In this document: positions 16,505-28,000 of the stretch, one piece after another | Layout of the letters: the number at the start of each line of letters is the position of its first letter | Numbering within the stretch: the stretch's first letter is position 1 | Source of the DNA: Candidatus Adlerbacteria bacterium | GTDB taxonomy: Bacteria; Patescibacteriota; Minisyncoccia; Phycocordibacterales; SBAW01 | Length of the DNA stretch: 54,157 nt | Assembly: GCA_903851045.1 (NCBI GenBank) | Contig: CAINNF010000020.1 | Span: 1 to 54,157, forward strand | Reading direction: 5' to 3' | Program-made: the position numbers and the translations under genes | Notes under the pieces: model-generated | Databases searched by the model: none | Seen by the model: only the letters and a program-made list of their open reading frames with translations | What the model was told of the DNA's origin: nothing

Positions 16505-16804
16505 ATGAGACTGCCCGTACTCGGGTGTTATGTCCTTGCCTATAGTGCTGCAGTTTTCGACGTTGTTTGTATCTCCCTTTTTCTCGCGTATGCCATCCGT
16601 CCATTCCCTTTCGCGCACTATTACGCCCTCGCAGGCGTCGTGGCGTCTGGTATTCTATATACCCGGTACATTATTTTTTTGAGTTGGCGCGGTCCGCAGT
16701 CAGGTGATATGCACAGAAGAGTAGTTTCTATTGAATATTTGGCGTTATGCGTATGCTGTGGGTTGGGGTATCTATTCGTGCTCGCGTACACCTATCAGTC
16801 CTGA
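16505..16804 (+). CDS. Small membrane protein (about 3 TM)
   Basis: Hydrophobic ORF filling the gap; TACAAT 7 nt before the ATG. Confidence 0.5.
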   Translation: MRLPVLGCYVLAYSAAVFDVVCISLFLAYAIRPFPFAHYYALAGVVASGILYTRYIIFLSWRGPQSGDMHRRVVSIEYLALCVCCGLGYLFVLAYTYQS

Positions 16805-16819
16805 TGCTATACTACGGCC

Positions 16820-17947
16820 ATGAAAACGACTGGACTTTCGGGAAATGAGATTTATTGTTTACACAAGGCGGGGTATCGGTTCGGGGACATCGCAGTGGGG
16901 AATAGTGTGCACTCGCTTGGTGTGATGCGCTCAATAGGGTCAGGTTTGCGTGCCATCGCTGGTGGTGAGATAGCGTCGTATACGCAGCTCATCGAGGAAG
17001 GTCGTGCGACGGCGCTGTCGCGGATGGAGAAGGAGTCGCGTGATCGCGGCGCGGTCGGCATTTCGGGCGTCACGAGCGAGTTGGTGCTCCATGGGAGCAA
17101 TATCGAATTTCTCTCGCTCGGCTCGATGCTCCACACTGCAGGGGGTGATGGTGCTCCCGAGCAGCTTTCGTTTAGTACATCGGCCGATGGACAGGATCTC
17201 TACGCACAAGTGGACGCGCATTATACGCCCAAGCAGTTCGTGTTCGGTAACGTCGCCTACTCGATTGGCATCACCGGCGGCATCATAGGGACGCTCAAGA
17301 CGCTCGCGCGTGGTGAGGTGCGGGAGTTCTCTGACATCTTCAATACGACGCGACATCTCGCGCTCGAGCGCATCACAGCAGAGGCGGCCAAGGCGGATGC
17401 GAACGCGGTCGTTGGGATAGAGACGACCATTTTGCCGCTCTTTGGGACGGGGCTTCAAGAGATGCTCATGATCGGTACCGCTTCGCACAATCCGTCGCTG
17501 CCGGAGGGTGGTGTTGTCACCAGCGATCTGACGCCACAGGAGATGTGGAATCTCAACAAGATGGGATACGCGCCGCTGAAGTTACTCTTGGGCACCTCAG
17601 TCTACTCGCTTGGGCTCGTGGGCGGGGTTACGTCCTTTATGAAGTCGTTCGTGAAGGGCGAGATTCCCGAACTCTCACAGCTCATCTATGAGGCGCGTGA
17701 GAATGCGCTCGCTATTTTGAACAAAGAGGCGGACGCTATCGGTGCCGACGAAGTGGTCGGTGTGAAGATGTACGTCTACCAGCTCGGTGGTGGCCTGATC
17801 GAGTTTCTCGCGGTCGGTACCGCGGTCAAGAAGGTTCCCGGGCTCTCCAGCGAGAGCGCGGAGTTGGTACCTCAAGCCTTCACACCGGATTGGGATACGT
17901 TCATTAATGTTGCTGAGTTGCAGATTGGTGTAGATCTCAACAAATAA
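16820..17947 (+). CDS. Protein with three tandem YbjQ (UPF0145) domains
   Basis: Three units of GE[IV]xx[YFL]...R..AL.R/I...A..[GA]A..V.GV...GT. Confidence 0.88.
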   Translation: MKTTGLSGNEIYCLHKAGYRFGDIAVGNSVHSLGVMRSIGSGLRAIAGGEIASYTQLIEEGRATALSRMEKESRDRGAVGISGVTSELVLHGSNIEFLSLGSMLHTAGGDGAPEQLSFSTSADGQDLYAQVDAHYTPKQFVFGNVAYSIGITGGIIGTLKTLARGEVREFSDIFNTTRHLALERITAEAAKADANAVVGIETTILPLFGTGLQEMLMIGTASHNPSLPEGGVVTSDLTPQEMWNLNKMGYAPLKLLLGTSVYSLGLVGGVTSFMKSFVKGEIPELSQLIYEARENALAILNKEADAIGADEVVGVKMYVYQLGGGLIEFLAVGTAVKKVPGLSSESAELVPQAFTPDWDTFINVAELQIGVDLNK

Positions 17948-17955
17948 CCGCAATT

Positions 17956-19065
17956 CTAGAACGTGGTTGTGATTGGCGAACCCAAGCCTGTTACGTAGTC
18001 GTAGTGCGCTCGGGCGCTGCAGTAGTAGCTGCAGTCGCCATTGGTGCCGCTCGTGATGTCGCGGAAGTATGCGCTCACGTTGGTGCCAGCTTTGTCGGCA
18101 TAGAGTTGTGCGACGGTGACGCCGCTGCCGAGTGCGGCGAGTGCTGCCCACTGTGGTGCCCCTGCCGATGTGCCACCCACTACGTACCACTTGCCACCGC
18201 GGACGATGGAGAATCCAGAGGCGAGGTCTGCGTTGTATGACACATCGGGGATCGCGCGCATGCCGTTCGCTTTTGGTATCGAATACTTTTTTTGATACGC
18301 TGGTTCTTTTTCATACGCCGATACACCACCGCCACTGCCGCTCCACGCGGTCTCGCGCGCGAACGCGCCCGTAGTGTCGAAGGTGAGCGTGGTACCACCT
18401 ACGCCAATAACGTTGGGCGAGCTCGCGGGCCATGATGCTCCCACACCATCGTCACCCGATGAGGCGAAGAAGGGTGCACCGCTCTTGCTCACGAAGTGTG
18501 AGTCGAGCGTCGTCTCCTCAGAGAACTCCGCGCCGCCCCAGCTCATTGAGATAGCGGCCGCGTCGGCGCGCGATGCGGCATAATCGACCGACTTGAGTAA
18601 GTTCGCTCCCGACGGCGTGGTGGCTTCTACCAGAAGGATCTTCGCGTTCGGTGCGATAGCGTGCGCCCACTCCACGTCGAGTGTGGTCTCCAGCGCCCAG
18701 TTGCTGTTGGTATGCATCGTGGCGCTCATTTTGTGTTTTTCGAAACATCCGTTCGTTGTCGTGCAAGGCGCGAGTCCAAACTGTTTGTCGAACATCGCGA
18801 GGTCGGCCTCGATCGTCGCGTCGTCATACACCCCAACGATTACGATGGTGCCACGTCCACCACTCTGAGGTAGGTGATAAGTGCTTTTGATCTGTGCGGG
18901 TGAGAGTCCGGTCGGGGTCTTGGTAGCAGTGCCGTAGATATGGATCGGCGGCTTGCCTTTGTAATTCGAAAAATGATATGCGGCGTCGGTCCGAGCCACG
19001 AACGCAAAACCCGAGTACACCAATACACATACTAAAAAGAAAAGTGACCAAACAAATTTCCTCAT
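17956..19065 (-). CDS. Secreted S53 (sedolisin/kumamolisin-like) peptidase
   Basis: Signal peptide, ETTLDVEW, SSGDDG, GGTSAGAP and YDYVTGLGSP. Confidence 0.92.
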   Translation of the reverse strand: MRKFVWSLFFLVCVLVYSGFAFVARTDAAYHFSNYKGKPPIHIYGTATKTPTGLSPAQIKSTYHLPQSGGRGTIVIVGVYDDATIEADLAMFDKQFGLAPCTTTNGCFEKHKMSATMHTNSNWALETTLDVEWAHAIAPNAKILLVEATTPSGANLLKSVDYAASRADAAAISMSWGGAEFSEETTLDSHFVSKSGAPFFASSGDDGVGASWPASSPNVIGVGGTTLTFDTTGAFARETAWSGSGGGVSAYEKEPAYQKKYSIPKANGMRAIPDVSYNADLASGFSIVRGGKWYVVGGTSAGAPQWAALAALGSGVTVAQLYADKAGTNVSAYFRDITSGTNGDCSYYCSARAHYDYVTGLGSPITTTF

Positions 19066-19171
19066 AGGCCGCTATCCTAGCACTAATTTTTGCCAGCGCA
19101 AGAACTGGCCTACCGTCCGACAAGTTGTTATATTTGCAGTGCGGTACCACGGTACATGCGACATATTCTAT

Positions 19172-19765
19172 ATGCCTGAGTATGATACAAAAGTAAAAAA
19201 ACTACGTCGGTTGTCGATACTACTCGACGTCGTAAAGATCGTATTCGTGTCGACCATCCTGGTGGTGTGTGTGCGGTCGTTCGTTGCACAGCCGTTCGTA
19301 GTGTCGGGCGACTCGATGGTGCCCACGTTCTACCCGAACGACTATGTGGTCATCGACGAGCTCACGTACGAACTTCACAAGCCGCAGCGAGGCGACATCG
19401 TCATCTTTCAGTATCCGCTCGATCCTTCGATCTTTTTTATCAAACGCCTCATCGGCCTGCCGGGCGATACGGTCGTAGTGAACAACGGGAGTGTGTACGT
19501 ACAAACCGGGAAGCTCACGCAGCGTTTGCTCACCGAGCCGTACCTACGGGCGGGAGCGCCGAAGATCGAATCCGGCACCACCACGCTTGGTACCGACGAA
19601 TATTACGTGTTAGGCGATAATCGCAATTCAAGTTTTGATTCTCGTGTCTGGGGACCGGTGCCGGCTCGCTATATCGTCGGGCGGGTTCTTGTCCGCCTGT
19701 TTCCCTTTACGCACGCGACCGTGTACGCCCGTCCCACGGGTGCGACATCCACCGCGGTGAAATAA
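19172..19765 (+). CDS. lepB: Signal peptidase I
   Basis: VSGDSMVPT, RGDIVIF, IKRLIGLPGD and GDNRNSSFDSRVWG. Start placed at ATG 19172. Confidence 0.95.
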   Translation: MPEYDTKVKKLRRLSILLDVVKIVFVSTILVVCVRSFVAQPFVVSGDSMVPTFYPNDYVVIDELTYELHKPQRGDIVIFQYPLDPSIFFIKRLIGLPGDTVVVNNGSVYVQTGKLTQRLLTEPYLRAGAPKIESGTTTLGTDEYYVLGDNRNSSFDSRVWGPVPARYIVGRVLVRLFPFTHATVYARPTGATSTAVK

Positions 19766-19827
19766 CCCATGCTATCCACAGGTCTTGCATCGGTGCCACC
19801 CTGGGTACCGTATACTTCCTAGTACGT

Positions 19828-20316
19828 ATGTCCTCGTTTCTCAATAGGCTCAAAGACAAGAAGGTTATCCCGACCACTCCTGAGGATGATAAGAAGGAGA
19901 AGTTGCAAGCGCAGGCAAAAACTGCCGCTGACGCCTCTTCGTCCCCAGCCGAACAACTGAAGGTTGATATCTTGCAGACGACGAACGCAATTATCGTGTA
20001 CGCACAGATAGCCGGTGCGGGTGTGGAGGACTACGGTGTTACGATCGACGGCGAAGGGGACACTATCACGATCAAAGGACAACGAACACGACCAGGTGGA
20101 GAACACTTCCAACACCCCGACCTTGAAACGGCGGAAAAAGAACACGTGCTCGAAGAATGTTCCTGGGGCAGTTTCTACCGACAGATCATCCTTCCTGCCG
20201 AAGTCGATGCCGAAAAGACCGAAGCGAAGATGCGTGAAGGAGTGTTGATGCTCCTCTTACCTTTGAAGGGCACCGAAAGCAAGGGGGTACGTATACCTAT
20301 CACCGAGGTGAAGTAA
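19828..20316 (+). CDS. Hsp20/alpha-crystallin small heat-shock protein
   Basis: VDILQT...IAGAG...ECSWGSFYRQIILPAEVD...AKMREGVLMLLLP. Confidence 0.92.
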   Translation: MSSFLNRLKDKKVIPTTPEDDKKEKLQAQAKTAADASSSPAEQLKVDILQTTNAIIVYAQIAGAGVEDYGVTIDGEGDTITIKGQRTRPGGEHFQHPDLETAEKEHVLEECSWGSFYRQIILPAEVDAEKTEAKMREGVLMLLLPLKGTESKGVRIPITEVK

Positions 20317-20383
20317 GAATTTTTTACGAGTTGTTCCACCTCTACGTATTTCAAAAAACAGTAGAAGTCTATACTATTGAGCT

Positions 20384-21910
20384 ATGTTCGTTCGATGTCG
20401 GTGGCGCCGTGCGTTCGCACTTCTCGTACTCCTTTTCGGGGCTTCGTCCTTCGTAGTGCCGAACGATGTGTTTGCTGCAGACTTCTCGCTCACTCCGTCT
20501 ACAGGGTCGGTGGCGGTCGGTTCGAAGTTGTCGGTCAAGGTCACGATAGATGCCGGAAGCGATAGTGTGAACGCTGCGGACGGTACGCTCTCGTTCGACC
20601 CGACACTGCTCTCGGTCGACAGCATCTCGAAGGATGGTTCATCGTTCTCTCTGTGGACCGCAGACCCTTCGTTCTCGAACACTGACGGCACGGTATCGTT
20701 TAGCGGTGGTACGCCGACCGCTTTTTCCAATTCGGGAAAGGTGTTGACCATCGTGTTCAAAGGAAAGGCGATCGGCTCCGCGGATGTGACCTTCAGTAAA
20801 GGTTCTATTCTGGCTGCCGATGGTAAGGGTACTGATGTGTACAAGAACGGCAACAAGGGAACGTTCAGCGTGACCGCCGCGAGCGCAGCACCTCCACCGG
20901 TCACAACTCCGGTAGCTGACACACAGGTGTCCGCAAGCGACTCCACCGGAGATGGCGCCACTCCCATAGAGCCGATCGTTACGTCTCCCACGTATCCGAA
21001 ACCCGATACGTGGTATGGCACGAGCACGGCAGTATTCACCTGGCAATTGACCTCTGATGTGACCGCAGTGCGTACGTTGCTTTCGGACAAGGATAACGAC
21101 ACTCCCAAAGTGACGCTGGCTGGTGGAGCGACCACGACACAAACCGTGACGGGCATCAAGGATGGGATTTCCTATTATTATGTGCAAGCGAAGAACGATT
21201 ATGGGTGGGGAGATATCGGCAAGATAAAGGTCCAGGTCGATACGACGCCGCCGCTCACGTTCGATATCGCGTACCAGGAACCCGGCAGTGATGGGGGACC
21301 ACCGAAACTTGCGTTCAAAACGGACGATGCGCTTTCGGGTATGGACCACTACGTGCTGGCGGTCGGCACGTCGACACCCATCACTATCAACGTGAAGGAT
21401 ATCCCCGACGGCACGTATCCGGTACCACCGCAGGGCGGGGGACAGCAACATGTGGTCGTGCGGGCGTACGACAAGGCGGGGAACATGACCGAGGTCGCGA
21501 AAGACCTCACACTACCGTTCGTCGCGAAGCCAAAGCCGGCCACCGCGACGGACCAGACCACGGTCGCCCCTACGTCGTCGGGGTTCGGTGTCGAGGAGTA
21601 TCTGCTCGTGCTGTTCGCGCTCCTCCTGGGAGGACTCATCGCATGGGGAAGGTATACCCGCAAAACGGCGGCCAGAGAGAAGGAGAAGTTGTTGCAAGCG
21701 GTCCTTGAGGTGCGAGATAAGAACGACCGTATATTCTCCGCGATGCGAGAGGAGTTCGAGCAATTGGTACAGGATTTCGACGAAAAACCACAACTCACGC
21801 CGCAGGAACGCGCCTTACTTGAAAGTATCAAGGAGGTCTTGGATATATCCGAAGAATTGGTGGATACCGGGCTTGAGGATCTAAAAAAGATGGTCCGGAA
21901 TCAACCGTAG
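20384..21910 (+). CDS. Cohesin-domain membrane protein (cohesin, Ig domains, TM, cytoplasmic helical tail)
   Basis: Signal peptide; LTPSTGSVAVG...VNAADGTLSFD...SLW...GTVSFSGG...VLTIVFK...ADGKGT; DTTPP...DALSGMDHY...AYDKAGN Ig domain; TM near residue 410. Confidence 0.8.
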   Translation: MFVRCRWRRAFALLVLLFGASSFVVPNDVFAADFSLTPSTGSVAVGSKLSVKVTIDAGSDSVNAADGTLSFDPTLLSVDSISKDGSSFSLWTADPSFSNTDGTVSFSGGTPTAFSNSGKVLTIVFKGKAIGSADVTFSKGSILAADGKGTDVYKNGNKGTFSVTAASAAPPPVTTPVADTQVSASDSTGDGATPIEPIVTSPTYPKPDTWYGTSTAVFTWQLTSDVTAVRTLLSDKDNDTPKVTLAGGATTTQTVTGIKDGISYYYVQAKNDYGWGDIGKIKVQVDTTPPLTFDIAYQEPGSDGGPPKLAFKTDDALSGMDHYVLAVGTSTPITINVKDIPDGTYPVPPQGGGQQHVVVRAYDKAGNMTEVAKDLTLPFVAKPKPATATDQTTVAPTSSGFGVEEYLLVLFALLLGGLIAWGRYTRKTAAREKEKLLQAVLEVRDKNDRIFSAMREEFEQLVQDFDEKPQLTPQERALLESIKEVLDISEELVDTGLEDLKKMVRNQP

Positions 21911-22055
21911 CCCTACCTCAATGTTTTCAGCATTTTTTCTTTTATTTGCAAGCTACAATGTTCCCAGATACTAACAGTTTTTAGCCGTCGGTGGTGCTAG
22001 AATAAAGGAGTGGACGACGCGTATGCGTTCGGCATATTAGTTGCGCCCACCATGC

Positions 22056-25000
22056 ATGCAAGCACCGATTACTATGTGGCGCACTAAAAGATGGAAACAG
22101 GTCGTCATGACGGTCGTGGCTCTTTGCGGTGTTGCCTACGTGCTGTGGCTCACGAGCGGTTTCGTATTGGCGTTTCGGCAAGTGAAGCGTGCTCATGTGT
22201 TCCCGACCAACGTTAACGCTATCGGTTGGAATAATGGCCAAGGCGCTCTGACGCAAGAGTTGCCGCCGCAGGCACCGTACGCGAGTTTTTTACAAAAAAA
22301 TTCCGCATATCTGTTCGTCGCGTCCTCTTCGTCAGCGATTATCGTACCGACCTCAGGCGGAGGAGGGGGAAGTGTTATCGATACGAGTCAACGTTCGGAT
22401 GGGACAACGAATGATGCATTAAGTGCGACCGCTACGCAAGCGACTACCACACAAGCGACTACCACACAAGCGGCCCCGACATCCCAGACATTTTCCGATG
22501 CCTCGACGACGCCCGCACAAGTGCCGGCTCCCGTCAGCGACACACCCGCTTCAGCCCCACTACCGACCTCATCAGACACGTCCTCACAGGTATTCTTGCC
22601 GATACCTCCCATCATCTCGCCTACGTCCACCCCCTCCACGCCCCCACCTCCGAGCGCTCCGGCACCGAGTAGTCAGGAGAGCACGACCACGAGCCTGCGT
22701 TCGGACCCCGCTTCGGACATGGCATTGCGGCTGGAACGAGTCGTTGCTGCGGTTTTCTCTGCTATCATCCCCCAAGCGTTTGCGACGTCGACCAGCGATA
22801 GCACCACGACACCAGTGGTCAGTACATCCACGCAAGATACGGACACGATTTCTGCGGCTCCCTCCGTGGACACTTCTGCGACTGCGGTCGCTACCTGTAC
22901 CGTGCTTGGAGACACGTGCCATATGTTGGAGTTCAGTGGTTTTTCGGTCGGAGGTTCTTTAACGAACAAAGAGTTTCAAAAAGCGGAGCTCAAGTTCTCG
23001 TTCGCACAGATGGCGAGCGAGTCGGACATGCGGGATGGGAAACTGTCGGTCCGCTACTTCCATAATGGACGGTGGCATAGTGCGGGGGAGATATATCTCA
23101 ACCAGGAACTGTCGAACGCGACGAACGGAGGCTATTTCACGCAGACGCTCGATGATGTCTCTGCGTGGGACGATCTAAGCGATATGCGAGTCGTGTTCGA
23201 GTATGAGCCGGGTGACGGTGCCAGTCCCGTGCAGCTCTACCTTGACGCAGTGTGGATCGACGCGGTCTATGTCGACCAGGTGCAGGACGTGCTCTCCGGC
23301 AATGTCAGTGACCCGACCGATGCTCCACAAAACATCTCGTTTGATGTTGCTTCGAACGTACAAGACTCGAACACGCTCATGTTGGACGATGGCAGCACGG
23401 TGTCGTTCCCGTTCCTGGATGCGCTCGATGATTCTTTGAGCGTACGTGTCGATCGGTCAACTTACCAAGGGTCGGCAACATCGACGGTCGTGTTCGCCAG
23501 CGTGACCAACACCGGGTCGAGCAAGGATACGTTCACCCTGTTCGCCTCGTTCCCTGGTGCGGTCGGGTCGGTGGCCGATGTGGCACAGTATCTGCGAAAT
23601 GTTCCGAACGAAGCGACCACGACCCAGACGAGCGACGTGACCTACTACTGCGATGTGGGATGGCAGCTCGCGTCGTCGATCGGACAGTACACCTGTGCTT
23701 CGACCAACGAAACGTATGTGTGTTCGACGGTGAGCGATACGAAAGCGAATTGTTTGGTGTCGAACGTGCCGGTCGGGGTCTCGACCAGTACGACCTATGG
23801 CAGTCAGTGGGTGTCGATGGGTATACATACAACGTCAGGCGTAGATGCGAAGGTCTCATCAGGATTACCCAAGGGGTATCAGATCGCCTATACGAGCGAC
23901 CGGTCGTTCGATGTCTTACCGGGACAGACGGTATATTTTCGCGTGACGCTCTCGACCCCCGACACGGGCAAGGTACGTTTCGTGTTATCGGCGAAAGGGG
24001 ATAACTACTTCGGCGATGTCGACTCCATGCGTCTGCAAAGCGGGACCTACCTTAAAGCGCAATCGAAGATCAAACAACAGACCAAGACGAAGCATGACTA
24101 TCTCAACGACCAGCTTTCGGAACAGTCGGACTTTAATGTCGACGAGTTGCCACAGTTCCACTTCAAGTTCAAGACACAGCGTGACTTCTTCACACGAGTG
24201 AAGGATTTCTTGTTCGGCAGGACCGTGCCCTATGCCGTACGGAGCGCACACCTGCGTCACGCGAGCGGCGAGATCGAGCATTTGCCGGTCGATATCGAGT
24301 ACGGAGCAAATGATGAGTGGACGCTCAAGCTCGAGAAACAGCAACGAGCCTTTCGTCCCGGCAAATATTCGATAGATCTCTCGATGCAAGAGGGTGGCAC
24401 TTCTTATGTCGATACGGTCGACTTCTACTGGGGTGTGCTCGCGATGAACCCCGATAAGTCGTCCTATGCGCCGGGCGAGACGGCCCACTTCGACATCGGT
24501 GCGCTCGATGATAAAGGTGACACGATGTGCGATGCGCAACTACTGCTGTCGGTCACCGACCCATCGGGCAACACGAGCGATGTGCCTGTGGTGAGCGGTG
24601 GTGGCTGCGGGAAGAATAACGTCACCTCGTTGCCCGACTTCGTCGCAGACTACACCACGAAGGACGAAGGGACGTACTCGCTCACATTGTCTCGACTCGA
24701 CGATGCGGGCAATATCGTGACCAGTGTGAGCAACGCGCTGACGGTCGTTAAGAGTGCACCGTACACGATCACCCGCACGGGGCCGACACGCATCTACCCG
24801 AAGTCGGCTTACCTGATGCAGATGCATATCGATGCGCCGCAAGGGTTCACCGGCAGCGTGGTCGAGACGCTGCCGGAAGGGTTCACGGTCACCGCGACGG
24901 ACGGTGCGGTGCTGTCGCGTGTGAATGGGGCCATCGATCTCACCTGGAACGTCTCTATAACGAACGGCGGTGGGAAGGACCTTTCGTACACCTTCAAAGC

Positions 25001-28000
25001 TCCCGAAGTGAGTCCGTACATGTACGCGCTCGGGCCACTGCAGCTGAACGACACCACCGGTACCGTCTTTACCGAAGGTCGGGCATGGCAGATCGCATCG
25101 GACGCCACCGCGATAGCGACGGGAGTAGCCTGGCTCGCGGGGAACGCGACCACCTTCGGCTCGAACCTGAGCAGCACCACCGCGTCTGCGCTGACGTGGA
25201 ATCTTTCGGCAGATTATGATTCAGCCTACTATGCATACTCGAGTAGCTCGCCTTCGCAGTTGGTCATCAATAAACCCGGAGATTACTTAGTGGCTTTGAC
25301 GCTGCCGATGGAGTCTACTGCAGCAGGAAGTTTCCGCACCGCTATCGAAGCCGACATACGCGTCAACGGCAACAAAGTGAACGCGGGAGTGTCGCGCGGG
25401 TATATTAGGACAAACAGCACTATGTTCGAGGTCTCAGATCACTTGTACCTGTTGCTACATAATCTGAACACCGGAGACTATATCGAGAGTTATGTGCACA
25501 ATCTGAGCACCAACAACGACACTATTAACATCGGTACTCAGGCAAGTCTGTACGCCGAGTATATCGACAACAGTCAAAATGTGTACTTTGGCGTCGGCAC
25601 CACAACTTCAAATGGTACCAATCTTAACCCCACAGCAAGTTCGACGGTGGTGTGGTACGATGACCCGACGCTTGGTAGAAAAGATTCGAATTATACGCAC
25701 ACGAATACTGACAACGCAGCTTCGAGCACGATCACACTTGCTGCCGCGGGGTCGTACTTGGTGTTGGTGAACGTTCCTCTGGATGGCGCAGTCACGAGTG
25801 CGAGTCCACGAGCCGATGTGCTGCTCAACAACATAAACGCGAGCGGCGCCGAATTTAAACAAGGATATATCGCCAATAGTACTGGTGTCACCGACTCGTC
25901 CTTGCAGTTTAGTGGTGTGGTAACGGCGACCACGACCAATGAGAGACTCCAGGTGAACCTCATCGTAGCTGGTGCAACAGGGGCGCTCACCGCGCTGAAC
26001 GATCAAGCATCGATCTATATCCAGCAACTACCCGCTTCAGGGATATATGTCGCGTCAGCGACGTCGACCTCCAACAACCTCACCACCAGTAATAACTGGA
26101 ACATTACTCCCGCGACAACCACACTGTGGACCACCGATCTTATCAAAGACGCGACCATATATGCCCACTCTACTTCGACACGATCGCAGCAGATCACCGT
26201 CGGCGCACCGGGCGACTACCTCTTGGCGCTCAACGACTCGCACACGGTCAACACCACGGTGACGAACCAGATAACGCAGGTGTTAGTGAACGGCACTCCT
26301 GTTGTTGGGGCGCAGACGAAATCGCATGACATCTACGCTAACACGCAAACGTCGGGTTCGTTGGTGTATCTCTTGCGCAACTTGGCTGCAAGTAGCACGG
26401 TAACGGTCACTACGGTATTAGACTCTGCAACGGGTATAGCGGTTGAAGACAAACCAGCGCTGCTCATGTTGTGGCACAAATCGGCGCAGAGTTCCTTCAT
26501 ACAAGATACGGAACGATGGTATACGAACGTCAACGCCGAACCACCCACCGACCCATGGCCGTCGGGCGGTATCGACCTGAACGAAGGCGACCCCATCACC
26601 ACGGGTGTTGCGGTGAAGTCGGGAGATGTCCTGCGCCTTCGTATGGCGCTCACGGCAAACGTGAACACGATCGCGGGTGCGGACTCGTTCAAACTCCAAT
26701 ATGCGCCGGGGACGACGTGCTCGCTCGCGCTCGCATGGACGGACGTCGGTGCTATCGGCAGCGGCTCCATCTGGCGCGGGTACCACAACGCAGCGCTCTC
26801 GGCGGGGCAAACGCTCTCGACGACCACGCTCTCGGTATCGTCCACGACCGAGACGTACGAAGAGCAGAACCCTTCTGCGGTCACGCCGCACTCGGTCGTT
26901 GTTGGGACGGACGCCGAGTGGGATTGGGTGTTGCAGGATAATGGCGCGTCGGTCGGGACCAACTACTGCTTCCGTATGGTGCAGTCCAGCGGACAGGTGC
27001 TCAAGGACTACAACGATTATCCGCAGCTCATCACGAACAACACGCCCGATGTGCCGACGCTTGATGCACCGTTCGATAACGAGAAGACCGCGAGCACGAG
27101 TCCATGGTTCACGTTCACGACGTCGGACGACAATGGTGATGATATCCATTACGAGGTCCAAGTGAGTACGGACCCTGCGTTCGGTTCCACGGTCATCGAC
27201 GAGGATTCCGCGACCTATTACACTAAATTTACGAATACGACGAACTCGGCGGACAAAGCTCCGTTCGGTGGTGGCCAGATCATCCAGTACACTCCGACGA
27301 TCTCACTTTCCAGTGGTACGACCTATTGGTGGCGGGTGCGCGCGAAGGACCCGAACGGGACGAACACCTGGAGCAGTTATTCGTCGGCGCAAAGTGTGAC
27401 GATCGATTCGTCGGTTACGGTGTCGACCTGGTTCCAAACGACACAAGGGCAGTTCGCGAACGACACGCTTTCGAACGTGAGCGCAACGGGTTCAAACGAT
27501 GTGCAGCTGTCGGGAGCGAACACGAGCGGTACCATCTATTCGCCGCCGATTGACTATACGGTGCACACCTCGGGCAACTCGTGGGGCACCGTGTCGTGGA
27601 CGAACACGCAAAGCGCGGGTAATACCATCACGTACCATGTCGAATATTTTACATCGACGAGTACATGGGCGGTCATTCCCAATAGCGATCTGCCGGGCAA
27701 CTCGACCGGGACGACGACGGGACCCATTATTCTGACGCAACTGGATCCAAGCGTGTACAATCTTATCCGTGTTCGAGGCGATTTTGTGAAGACCACGACG
27801 ACCCCGATACTCAGCGATTGGACCGTCTCGTGGGCACTTTCCGTCGCTCAGCCGTCGCTCATAACCTTGTTCGATAACGAAAAGACGGCGACAACGACGC
27901 CGACGTTCACGTTCACGACGACCGACCCGCAAGGGGATGATCTGCAGTATCAGCTCGAATGGTCGACCGATGCGACGTTCGCGACCGGTGTGACGATACG

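Noticed and set aside
22437..22472. 15-nt tandem repeat (QATTT) as a phase-variation tract
   Set aside because: In frame, only ~2.4 copies, in a low-complexity linker.
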